Origin: Blepharisma stoltei ATCC 30299
Taxonomy: Eukaryota > Protista > Ciliophora
NCBI GenBank assembly: GCA_965603825.1
Contig: CBFDEM010000027.1
Location: 620,001-684,000, forward strand
Reading direction: 5' to 3'
Length of the DNA stretch: 64,000 nucleotides
The translations under genes were made by a program, and so were the position numbers. Below the pieces are notes generated by a model. That model worked only from the letters and a program-made list of their open reading frames with translations, did no database searches and was not told where the DNA came from. Shown piece by piece: positions 1 to 11,688 of this stretch (position 1 is the first letter of the stretch; each line of letters begins with the position of its first letter).

Positions 1-1
1 T

Positions 2-481
2 AGATTACATAGAAGGGTAAAGTATGAGGATGACGGACGATATGTGGTTTCTCGATCAGTATTTTTAGGAGTCCATGCAAAAATTAGTTTATTACTTGGA
101 TGACTTTTAATTCTTTTCCTCCACAGAATTTTCATCTGTTTATCCTTCTCCGAAACATCCTACAATCTCCTAGGCTGGCCCAACGAAAACTGGTCAATTT
201 TAGCATTATGCTTGGCCTTCGCAATTGGTGTAATTTTTATGAGTACATATAAAGACGTTTTTTACGCCATATCTTTAGTCTATTCCTTTATTGGCATTTA
301 TGTCATGCAGAACCACAGCCATATATGCAAATCCGTGATGCAAGAAAACTGTAGCGAAGAAGTAGGGACTTGTGCTATAGCATTGGCATCAATTTTTCTT
401 ATATTCATCCTCATCACCTTGATCTTTTATTATGACACTGTCTGCTACAAAAAGCGCCGAATTGTCCCCAGCAACCTATAG
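2..481 (+). CDS. 3' part of a multi-pass membrane protein (tryptophan-rich sensory protein/TspO-like); 5' end lies outside the window
   Basis: Frame is open from position 2 when TGA 101-103 is Trp (LLLGW). Several hydrophobic helices; TAG stop at 479-481. Confidence 0.55.
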
Positions 482-546
482 CCTGCTATTCTAATAAACC
501 CAATCCTAACTAATTCATAAACTGATAATCAATCAGTTACTTTAAA

Positions 547-3500
547 ATGGAGCAATCGAATATTTTCGAAGGCAAAGGGCCACGCATCATATTCGTTACT
601 GGAGGTCCAGGAACTGGCAAAGGAACCCAATGTGCCGTTCTTGTTGAAGAATATGGCTTTATGCACATCTCAATAGGAGATCTTATGAGACATGAAATCA
701 GAAGTGGAAGCGAAGAAGGCCAAAACATCAAAGCAATTGTGCAGAGCGGAAATTTAGTCCCAAAAGAACTCACTGTAACGTTACTAATGAAAGCTTTAAA
801 ATCTACAAGCGCCCATACAGTGCTGATTGATGGGTTTCCCAGATCGGTGGATCAGGCAGTTTACTTGGAACAAATGGGCTTAAAAATCAATTACCTGCTG
901 CATTTTGATACAAATAAAGAAGACGTGCTGCTAAATAGACTGATTGAGAGAGGAAAAACAAGTGGGAGAGCTGATGACAATGAAGAGACTATCGTTAAAA
1001 GATTTAGAGTTTATAAAGCAGAGTCATTACCTGTGCTGCAGTTATATGAACCTTTTGGAATTGTGAGGAAAGTTGATTGCTTAGCGACAATCCCTGAAGT
1101 GTTTCATAGGGCTGTGTGCACCTTAAGGCCTGAACTTTTATTTGTAGCTGGTTCTAAGTTTTCAGGAAAAACCACCTTAAGCAAGATTTTAGCTGAAAGG
1201 TACTATTACTACTATATGTCATTGGACAGTATTTTAGTAATCAAAAGAGAAGGGCAAAAAGTGAAAATAACTGATGATGAAGAAATTGCTAGAAGGCTTG
1301 CAAAAAAATTACAGAAATTAAAACACCATACACGAGTACTAGTTGATGGGTTTCCGAAGAATTTAGCACAGGCTCAGCTGTTTGAAGGACTATTAGGAGC
1401 GCCTAATAAAGTGATTTATTTACATTGTCCAAGAGATATGTGTCAAAACAGACAGTTAAGTTTAGGGAAAAAATCAGAAAATTATATTTCGTCAACCCAA
1501 TTCAGCCAGCTCTATAACCAATCAATTTTTGGAAGTGCTGAGCTAATCGCTTATTATAAAAAGACAACACTTTTGCACGAACTAGACTCTGGGGTAGACT
1601 TAGAACATTTGAGGCTGAGAGCTGGAGATGCAATAGAGCCAGAAGTTGTGATGGTGAGAGGCGAAATTAAATTCCCATTTTTGAAGTACCTTGAAAATTC
1701 AGGCTATAAACTTGTCAATGCAACCAATTTAATGGATTTATGGAAAAATGCGAGGGGATTGTCAAGAGCTCAATATGAAACTGATTTCGATGACCCAGAA
1801 ACCATTGATGTCTTGCTCAATATGATATACTCTGGCAACGCAACCCTTAAATTTGCACTATATAACTTTGCAGTAAAAAATTTGAATTTAATAAGCGAAT
1901 TCGAAAAAAGGGTCTGCAAAATCCGGAAAATTTATTACATACATACAAATTCATGGCCCAATATTGCTGATCCTGTCTCAGAATATTATTATACCACAGG
2001 AAGGCTGATTAGGTTAAAGTTAAATGAAATACCAAACGTTAAAGAAATCAATGAAAACTATGAAGAAGCCATTAAGTATGAAATTGGCATTCAAAGTCCT
2101 CCTGAAAAAAGCTGGCTTATTTTTGTGTCAGGTCCTTCTCTAAGCGGCCGTACAACAGTTACAAATTCCCTAGTAGAGCTTGGTTTCAGAACCCTCGACT
2201 TTACAAGCATTATTGAAGAAACCAAAACTCGGCTTTCCACAGAAGAAGACGCCAAAGAAGAACTAACCTTTATGGAAATTATTTCTGGTATAAAAGAAGA
2301 TCTCAAAAAAAATCCTTACCAGCCTGTAGTAATTGATGGAATCCTTCCCCCAGAAGTTCTTCTAGCTAAAGACCCTTTATACCCAGTCCCAGAAATAGGT
2401 GAAGAAGATGAAGAAGGTCTAAACTACGACGAAAAACCTATTTTGCATGCAAGAGTTTCTTCTACAGTATACAGATACAAGCTATTTTATTCTTCTTTTA
2501 ATGTTCTATCAGCTATAGAATTAAGATGCTCTATGCCAGAATTAGAAAAAAGAGCAAGAATTAAATTTGAGCTGCAAGAAGAAGACGATTTAACATCTGA
2601 ACAAAGAAGCGAAATATTAGAATCATGAATGATAGCAGAAAGAGTGTCTGAGACAACAACACTAAATCCTGTTAAAATCCCTGAAAGACTTGTAATAGAA
2701 ACTGATACAAGATCACTAGCAGAAAATAAGAAATTGCTAGGCCATTATTTTAAAAGAAAAGTTATTTTAGTGCAGTCTGCTTATAAAGCAGGGTATGAGG
2801 CGATTAAAAAATTCTGCTGGAAAAATCAGTTATATTATATAGATTTTGATCTGGAATTGAAGTTAGCTGCACAAGAGACTGATGAAATAGGGATAAGGTT
2901 GCAGAGTGGAGAAAATTTGGAAAATATTAAATTTGAAATATTGCTAAGAAGGGTCAAGAAGGTCCAAAATCGGCACAAGTTTGTGGTGTTAGCTGGGTTT
3001 CCTTTGAAAATGGATGAGCATAACACTATTTTAGAAGAATTAGTGAGAATCGAAGGGCTGATTGGAAGCTTATATGCATTTATTAATTTTGATGAGAGTA
3101 CTTATGAAGCAGAAATTGCAGAGATACCAGTAAGAAAAAGACCTGTTAAGGTAGTAGCTGAAGAGAAAAAAGATAATGATGAAGACGAGCCAAAAGAAAT
3201 CGTTCCAATCCAAAATGTTCCTGAAGAGCCTACCCCAATGTGAAACAATTATGAAAAATCAAGCTTATTCCAGCTTTTCCACAACTACAAAGGAAATAAA
3301 TCAAATATCATCATCAAAAACATAGACTCAGATGGATTTTCAGCAATTGAAAATCTTCTAACAGAAGTCGTTTCTTTTACAGATTGTCGAAAAATTGTCC
3401 AATTCGTCCTCTCCAACTCTGAAGCTGGCTTTCTCTACAATACAATCATAAACCTCGACTCCTCCCCAATCCTTTTCAAAGAAAACCTAGAACTCGATAT

Positions 3501-5925
3501 CACAGGTCTGAACCTCCACAAAGAAGATCTAAAAGTCCTTACAAATCCTCGTGCCAAAAATTTTTATGAAACCTATCTAAAAGGCCATTCCAGCCCATTC
3601 AGCATTTTCTTTGAGTCTTTCTGCAACCTTCTCAAGCTTGAAAACATTCAAATTACTAATGGCCTAAGAATAGCTATAAAAGACCAAATTGATACCTATA
3701 AAAATAATTTCGTCTGTGCTGAACAAGTTAATGCCTTTTTCAGTTCTTGGGAAAGTCCTGAAGACAAGGCAAAAATGATCGCAAAAGCTGAAAGAAAAAA
3801 CCAGCAAGAAGACAGTGATGCCTTATCTTATAAAATCCTTTTAGTAGTAGAAAACGTAAACCCGGACCCTGTCACCCAAGTAGTCAGCTTTAATAGAGGA
3901 GACGCCTTTGAAATCACATATGAAGGGATGCCAAGTTCTGCAAGATTCTGTGCAGACCGCTGCGTGTATTTTGGAAAAGAAAATCGTCAGGTGAAAAATG
4001 ATGTAGAATTCAGCTCAGCTGACACAAGAATAAAAAACCTTCATTTCCAGATATATAGTAGAAAAGATGGGTATTATTTGGTAGATAATGGAGAAAATGC
4101 TGGCTTGAAGCTCAAAGTTATTGACTACCCAGTTTTGCTATATGAAGACGCAGTTATTACATTTGGGGAGTATGAGTGCAAGATAGTTGAATGTAAAGCT
4201 CCTAAATATGAAGAAGCCTCTGATATATGGCTTTCTGATTTTAAAGACCATAAAGACTTCATTGGAGTAGCTAGGCTAGGACTATTTTTTACATCAGAAA
4301 AAGTATATGGGCTTCATTGTGTATTTACTGGTGATGAAATCATTACAGTGGGAGGCAGCTCAGCATGCGATGTAGAGCTTGAAGGCTTGATTTCAAATCA
4401 TGCTAGAATTGAACTGAGATCTAGTGGCTGGAATTTAATTGATAATCATTCACCGTCTGGGACTTGGATTTCTGTAAATTCCGGAGATAGGATTTTGCAT
4501 AAAAAACCTTCAGATCCATTAAGGCTTGCAAATAATATGAGATTTAAGCTACCAGGACTTGAATTTAAAGTGCTTATGGAAAGCAGCCAAGATTTTAAAA
4601 TCCAAGTTGCTGATTTTGAGAATTTCAGGTCAGAAAATTTCAAATTTTTATATACAGTTTTAAGAAAAATCAAATCCGAAGGAAATTCACAGATTTTCTT
4701 ATGCAAGAATAATTTCACAAAGAAAGAATATTCAGTGAAAATAATAAAAATAAAAGATTTGACTGAAGATATGATAAAAGAAGTATCAATTTATAGAAAA
4801 CTAGACCATCCTAATATACTCAGAGTAATTGATACTATTCAAGATGGTGGGAATGCTTATATTATTTCTGAATACTGCTGCGGAGGAGAGCTTTTTGAAA
4901 GGATTTTGGAAAGAGGAACTCATAATGAGCAACAAAGCGCCAGAATTACAAGAGAAATTTTACAAGCTTTAGCTTACTTGCATTCAAGTGGAATAACTCA
5001 TAGATACCTCCAAGCAGAGAATTTAGTTTTTGTTGATCAAACCTCAGATTCTCAGCTAAAACTCTTTAACTTCGCACCGCCAGCTGTAGGATATTCCTAT
5101 TATATTGCTCCTGAGTCTCTTAAAGGAGCTTTTACACCTAAAAGCGATGTGTGGGCAGCTGGTGTAATTTTATATATTTTATTAGTAGGAGCTCCTCCAT
5201 TTTCTGGCAAAACAGATGAAGAAACAAGAAAAAAAATAGCAAAAGGAAGACCTTCTTTTAAAGAAAAAGCATGGGAAAGAATTTCAGGCCATGCGAAACG
5301 TGCTGTTAGACTTATGCTTGAACCTGATGTGTATCGCCGCGCAACTGCTGCAGAACTTTTAGACGATCCTTGGATAAAGCAGTCACTTAAGTTTATCGAT
5401 ACTACAAAGCCTATGATGGCCCGTACATTAAAAAATTTCAAACACTTTTATTCCTCATCCAAACTCTATCAATCAGTCCTTCTTTTTATGACAAATTCTC
5501 TTATATCAGATGCTGAAAGAAAACAAGCAATGGATATTTTTATAGAGATGGATAAAAATGGAGATGGCAAGCTCAGCAAACAAGAAATACTAGAAGGCTT
5601 TAATAAATCGTCTCTGCAAATAACTGAAGAAGAGGTAGATAAACTTATGCATGAAGGAGATGGAGATATGGACGGGTATTTGAATTATTCAGAGTTTCTT
5701 ATGGCTATAGTAGACAAACAGAAATTATTAAATGTTGAAAATATTGAAAGAACGTTTAGTGCTTTTGACCAGGATGGAAGTGGAGATATAACGACTGCAG
5801 AGCTTAAACGGATTCTTGGGCATAATGAAAGTTCCTGGGCACAGTTAGTGAACGAAATTGATGAAAATAAAGATGGGAAAATTGATTTGAAAGAATTCAA
5901 AAACTTGCTGCTTTCAAGAATTTAA
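547..5925 (+). CDS. 1792-aa fusion: three adenylate/UMP-CMP kinase-like domains, two FHA-like domains, degenerate CDPK kinase domain, four EF-hands
   Basis: ORFs 547, 2629 and 3775 share a frame, separated only by TGA (2626-28, 3241-43); 3244-3774 has no stop. P-loops GGPGTGKGT, GSKFSGKT, GPSLSGRT; LIDGFPR; GRADDN; ISNHARI..LIDNHSPSGTW (FHA); EF-hands DKNGDGKLS, DGDMDGYLNYSEF, DQDGSGDIT, DENKDGKIDLKEF. Confidence 0.88.
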
Positions 5926-5983
5926 GTAAAATAATCATAGAAATTGAAAAGATTAATAATAGGAAAGAAATAATTGGACTTGT

Positions 5984-6943
5984 TTAAAAAATAATTATAA
6001 GCAACCCAATCAATGCTAAATAGCTTGCTGAGCATTTATTTGCCCACTTTTTTAATTGTTTGAATTTAATCAGCTCCTGTGTATCTTTAAAATAGCAAGG
6101 TTCAGCTCTTTCAATTATTGGGTAATTTAATTCATAGTACAATAAAAAACTGCTGCTTTCAATCCTTCCATCATTAGCAGCAGCAAGATAATTTTTAACT
6201 GGCTCATCAGAGTCATGCAGCCTGCAGTATTTTTCTCTGCGGCTATTTGGTACACATATACATTCACCTTTCGCCCCATCACTCGCTATACAGTCATCAT
6301 CACTTTCACATAATTTTGGTAAGTCGCTTCCAGTTGTAGCTGAAGATTCACTACAAATCCCATTAGAAAGTTTAGCTGAGGAGCATGCTAGTTTTGAGTC
6401 TGCTGAATTTCCTGAATCTACTGTGAAATACTCTACACATATTCCTTTATTGCAAATATTCCCTATTTCACAGTCGTCTAAATACTCACAAATGTCTCCA
6501 CTAGAAGCTCTTCTGGTACATATAAGTGCTCCTTCTTTGCAAAAATAGTCAGGATGGCAAGGGATGGTTTGGTTGCATACGTCATTTTCATATGCATATA
6601 TGACGCAATCAATAGATGGCGGCTCGTAACTATGCTCTGCTTGTACACATTCGACTGATTCAGGAGGCGATGATAGGCTAAAACTAGGACAATAAAAATT
6701 GTCTTTACAGTCACCTAATTTGTGGGTGTCACCAGAAGTGGTTAAACAATTGTCAACATATTCATCTAAGCATATGTATTTTGGACACACTGAAGCTCCA
6801 GATGACTGATCTTGTGATTGGACTTCTAAAGGATCATCACTTGAATAAGACTCTGAGGTGTGTCCTTGCTGAAGGCTTATAGAATCTACTCTTTGTGCAA
6901 ATATTCCTAGATATGAGCACAGGAAGCTAATAATGAGTACCAT
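5984..6943 (-). CDS. Cysteine-rich secreted or surface protein, probably GPI-anchored
   Basis: N-terminal signal peptide, many Cys in short repeats, hydrophobic C-terminal tail with no cytosolic part. Confidence 0.75.
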   Translation of the reverse strand: MVLIISFLCSYLGIFAQRVDSISLQQGHTSESYSSDDPLEVQSQDQSSGASVCPKYICLDEYVDNCLTTSGDTHKLGDCKDNFYCPSFSLSSPPESVECVQAEHSYEPPSIDCVIYAYENDVCNQTIPCHPDYFCKEGALICTRRASSGDICEYLDDCEIGNICNKGICVEYFTVDSGNSADSKLACSSAKLSNGICSESSATTGSDLPKLCESDDDCIASDGAKGECICVPNSRREKYCRLHDSDEPVKNYLAAANDGRIESSSFLLYYELNYPIIERAEPCYFKDTQELIKFKQLKKWANKCSASYLALIGLLIIIF

Positions 6944-7421
6944 TTTGATTCTATAAATGATGACGTCTGTGAAAATCTGATTTCAGATGCCAGCAGATAA
7001 TTATTTTTGTTAATAAAAAATTTACTAATATTGGCTTTGAATTTATTAAAAGATGTATATATCTCAATGAAGAAAATGCTAAAGTGAAGAGTAAGAAAAT
7101 TAAACTGAAAAATTAATTATTGGTTAAAATAGAGAGCTATTATGATGATTTATGAGTCTTTAATGATAGAAATAATTTATGAAGGTTTTTATCTAAAACT
7201 TACCCAAATAAAAACCATAAGATAAAGATACGACCAGAAAAAGTTTGCTTGACTTGACTCTCCCTAACCCTTATTTTCGGTCTCATTTAAAGAGGGGCCG
7301 AAGTTAGAATCCTAGCAAATGGGAACTGGAAAAAAAAAGTGGTCATAGTAGGAGTGACTACCCAAAAAGACGTTACACTAAATAGATTAAACAAGTAAAA
7401 ATCAATTTCTACTAATATCTA

Positions 7422-10400
7422 TTATCTACTTAATCTCTTCGATTTGTAGTTATCTTCTGCAGGACTGGAAGCTCTTTTCTGTTCTTTCCGCTTCAAATAG
7501 TCTAAAGTAGGATAGTCTGTGATAAGTTTTTCAATTAAGATTTCTAAGTTTTCATCACCAAGCTTTTTTCTTTCATTAATTATCTCATCTTCCGACCCGT
7601 CTCCACCACATAGCCTTAACTGGTTTAGAATTCGACATCCTTGAGTAAATCATGTGTTTATATTTATAGCTTGTTCCATGCTAAATGGCTCAAGTTCCTG
7701 AATCAATATGTTTCATTTTGGTAGATCAGATTGATAAAAGACAATCCCTCGAACAATTATACTTTTAAAATAATTATAATCTTGGCTGGTGTTATATAGT
7801 GAAATAGCAATATCCATATATTTTTTAACAAAAATTTGCCAGAGAGCATTTGTAGCATGAACTTGAGCATTCTCGATACTCAACCGATCGAATTTTTTAT
7901 ACTCATGTATAATTATAGTACTGCTCAAATTGGCCACAGGAAGAAAAATTGCATCCGCTTTGTTCCTGAAATTGTTAGGCCTTTCTGAGTATATTGTTCA
8001 TGCAGAGTTATCAATATTAATTGAAGCAAGCCTCGCTATTCCTCCCAGTAAAGTCTGAAAATCTGCTTCAGTTCTATCAGCGCTTTCTTCAAAATTTCAA
8101 AGCAACTCATTTTGAATTAGGTATTGAAGTTTTTCGCAATTCCCCAAGTTTTCAATAAATTCTTTTGCGATCTCATAAATATTGATTTTGTTCTCTCCAG
8201 TTTTTATATTAATTCACATTGTAAGCAAGTATTCGTAGAAGTCTCATTTTGCTTCTTTATTCGGGATAACATAAGTTTGCCGCATTTTGTCATCAATATC
8301 AGGTGTTATATATCCACAATGCAGCAGATAGGCCAAAAAGTTATTTTTTATCTCTCTAATGTCTCCAAAATGTATCTCTTCAGGAATTTTTGTATTCAAA
8401 GTGAGGTACCCAGTTTTCATTATCTCATATAATTCATTAAAATTTTCCAAATTACTAAATGTAGAAATCAATATACTGTAGCTGCCTGTATTTATTCAGT
8501 AAGGTTGAAGTGGAAAATCAGATTTCTCACTTATGGCCTGCAAACAACTCGTTATTGATCAAGGATTGTATATTCGTATCTTACCAACATTGTAGCCATT
8601 ATATCACGTCTTAATTATGTTACTTTGCTCTATAAAATCTTCTTCAGATTCATAGTCTAAAATTTTTCTAAACAATTCAGTTACTTCTACCTCAGTAAAT
8701 CCGAAGCAATCTGCATAGAGAGAATCATTTTGAATTGTGCATGCCTCTACATTGTTCATGCCTGATAAAAATGTATCCTGTGCGATCTTAAGAATCCCAA
8801 TGAAGATTACTTTATCAATAAACTCTGGCAGGTCTTTAAATAGCAGATACAGTAATCCTCTTAACTCAATAGCAGCATCTCTTTCCTCACTTATATTGAT
8901 GAAGTCATTAATTGGCCTATCATATTCATCCACTAGCACTAAAACAGGCTTATTATGAACACTATAAAGTATTTGTGCCAGATTGATTATAGCATCTTCA
9001 ATTTTAATTTGCGAACTATCATTTATGTATGTCCTGAATAGTCTAAGACTGAGACTTATTTTTATATTATGCTGATCAACGAATCATTCTAGCATTCGAG
9101 TACTCGTATTTGTATAATCAATATTATGATGTGGGTTTTTCAAACATCATTCTTTTACTTCATTTTCTAAATCTTGACGATATTCATATTCATGCTTGAG
9201 ATATGCATTTCAAATCGAGTCACGTATTCCTTGGATATTGGGGTTGCCATTTTTTCTATAGCCAAATATTCTACCAAAGCTCAGCAAAATTGTTGGCTTA
9301 CTTCCGAAATATTTTCTATATCGTCCATCGTCTAAAGTCATTATTTTCAAGCATCTGCTAAGATCTGAATTATTTAGATCTGTATTATCTTTTCCGCCAG
9401 TAAATGCATGCAAATTCGCGAAATTTCCATTTTCATCATATTTTGGGTGAAAAAAAGCTTTAAGCATTCGCATGTTGAACGTCTTTCCCCATCTTCTTGG
9501 CCTTGTAATAAGAATTAATTTATTGAGATTGTCTATAATTTTTTTGATAAAATGGGTTTTATCGACAAAAGCATCTTCACTTGTGGCATTTATAAAGTCT
9601 ACATTCCAGCAAGAAATAATAGAATTTTTTTTAACTTTTAAAGCAGACTGCTGAGTTTCAGGCGAGTTATCTGTAGCGCTTATAGGATGGCGTGGTGTCA
9701 CACAAATTGTTGGATCGTTTAAGTCAATGCTATAATTTTCTAAAATTGCTCTCACTTTACTACTTTGATCCATATCAAATCTATAAAATGAGCCCAAGAA
9801 CTTATAATTGCCTTTTGAAATAAGCATGACTGTATTAAATAAACACCAGAGACCGCTTTCGTAAGGATACATGCATTGTTTAGCGAAGGATGTATCAGTT
9901 ATTTTAGCATTTGGAAAGAACCCGCCCAAAGAAAATTGCCCTATATGCGAATCTTCAAAATTAATTTTTTCCTTTAATAGAGATTTTATATTTTCAGGAA
10001 TTCGAAAATCATTCCCTGACGAGTCTATTAGAAAAATTAATTCAGATGGGTTTTCTAGAGGACTTTTATCGATAAGTATGTGATTCTTCGGGAGAATTAC
10101 TATTGTTTGCCAAAAATAATTAAATTTGAGCTCTTCATCTGATAATTGATGCTTTTCTTCAACTGGTACTGCTTTTCAGCAAGATACAATTGGAATCCTC
10201 AATTCTGGGCCTGAGGCTTGCAATATTTCTTCGATTTTTACAATAAAATCCAGATTTCCTGAAGTTTCATCAGTTAAGGTGGGGGACCCGCACAAAGAAA
10301 ACTCTTGATCTATGAAATGGATTTTATTATTATATATCATCTGAAATGCGTTTTTGATTGTCTGAAATGATGCATAACCTTGATTAAGGCTAGTCTCCAA

Positions 10401-10454
10401 TCAATCGTCAAGCTGCAAAAAATCCCTATATAAGCACTTTTCTGCAGATGGCAT
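7422..10454 (-). CDS. Intact 1010-aa AAA-ATPase-like + PD-(D/E)XK nuclease protein with N-terminal degenerate Ulp1/CE-clan protease-like domain
   Basis: Five track ORFs share one frame; no TAA/TAG between ATG 10454 and TAA 7422; 14 in-frame TGA. Motifs FVDKT, TRPRRWGKT (Walker A), VLVDEYD (Walker B), FGFTEVEV, WYNGY, IYNPWSI, YWINTG, LLHCGYIT, IPNKE, KADAIF...IIHEYKK, QI..KKY. Confidence 0.88.
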
Positions 10455-10639
10455 ATTTTTTATTATATAACTAACAAATTTTAATAAAGAAATCATTATA
10501 AAGTTCATTACTCATTTGCAGACAAGCATTGTCTAGATTATTTGCTAGTGCCGATGCTTGATCTAATGACAAAAAAATGCTATTTGCAGTTGTTACTCCT
10601 CATTTAGTATTTCTAAAATTTATAATAGTAAAGGCTAAA

Positions 10640-11684
10640 TTAAATGATTATAGGGCGGATTGATGTTAAAAATGAGACATACCTATCATGAAGCTCTTCA
10701 GTACTATTTCCATCAAGAACTGTTACATCAGTTAATAAAGCAGAAACTACATATGGATCTGAGTTTGAGGCGGGTCTTCTATCTTCAAAGTAGCCTTTTC
10801 CATCATTTGCCGTGACTCTTGGTATCCTTATTGATGCCCCACGGTCTGCGACTCCAAAGCTAAAAGTATTAATATTTGATGTCTCGCATGCCCCTGACAA
10901 TCTTTTTGCATTATCTTTCCCATAACCATCTATACAGTACATATGTTTTTCCCTCAATTTCTCAATATAATTATAAATTGTCTGTATCCCTCCTTCACGT
11001 CTAGTTGAGTTTGTAGAAAAATTCGAATGGCAGCCAGACCCATTCCATTCCCCAATAACAGGCTTGCATTCCCAATTAACAGACGTTCCATAATGTTCAG
11101 CAACTCTTAATAAGAGGTATCGAGCCATCCAAACTTGGTCACCAAGGTGAATTCCAGTAACAGGCCCTATCTGGAATTCCCATTGTCCAGGAAAAACTTC
11201 GCTATTAGTCCCAGAAATTGAAATCCCTGTATATAAGCAGCATCTATAATGAGCCTCCATAATCTGTCTTCCAAATGCACAGCCACCTCCAACACTACAA
11301 TAATAAGGCCCTTGAGGAGCTGGGTAGCCCCCTTCTGGGAAGCCTAAAGGTCTATGTGGGTAAGTATCATTACGATAGAGTACATATTCTTGTTCAAACC
11401 CAAACCAAGGCTCTTCATGAGCTGCTTTATTCATAACTTTTAAGCACTCAGAGCGAAATTGGTGTTTGTAGGAGTTCCATCTGGTTTCCAAGTGTCGCAG
11501 AGGACTAAAATATTATTTCCGAGTCTGAAGGGGTCTGGGTAAAAAACTCGAGGCTTGAGAAGAATTTCATTATCATGACCACTGGCTTGAAATGTAGAAG
11601 AGCCATCATAGTTTCATTCTGGGATATCAGAAAGAGATTTTATCTTTGGGATATCAAGGGTGCGGCTTTTAGAGCGGATATCTA
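10640..11684 (-). pseudogene. Glutamine synthetase pseudogene (5'-truncated duplicate with frameshift)
   Basis: Near-identical to 15835-16880 but lacks the start and about the first 37 codons. One-nt deletion near 11456 (gcgaaattgg versus gcgaaaattgg). Confidence 0.85.
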
Positions 11685-11688
11685 TTAT

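Noticed and set aside
7261-7271. CCCTAACCC as a telomerase RNA template or telomere seed
   Set aside because: Single short match that would template TTAGGG rather than the heterotrich 8-mer.
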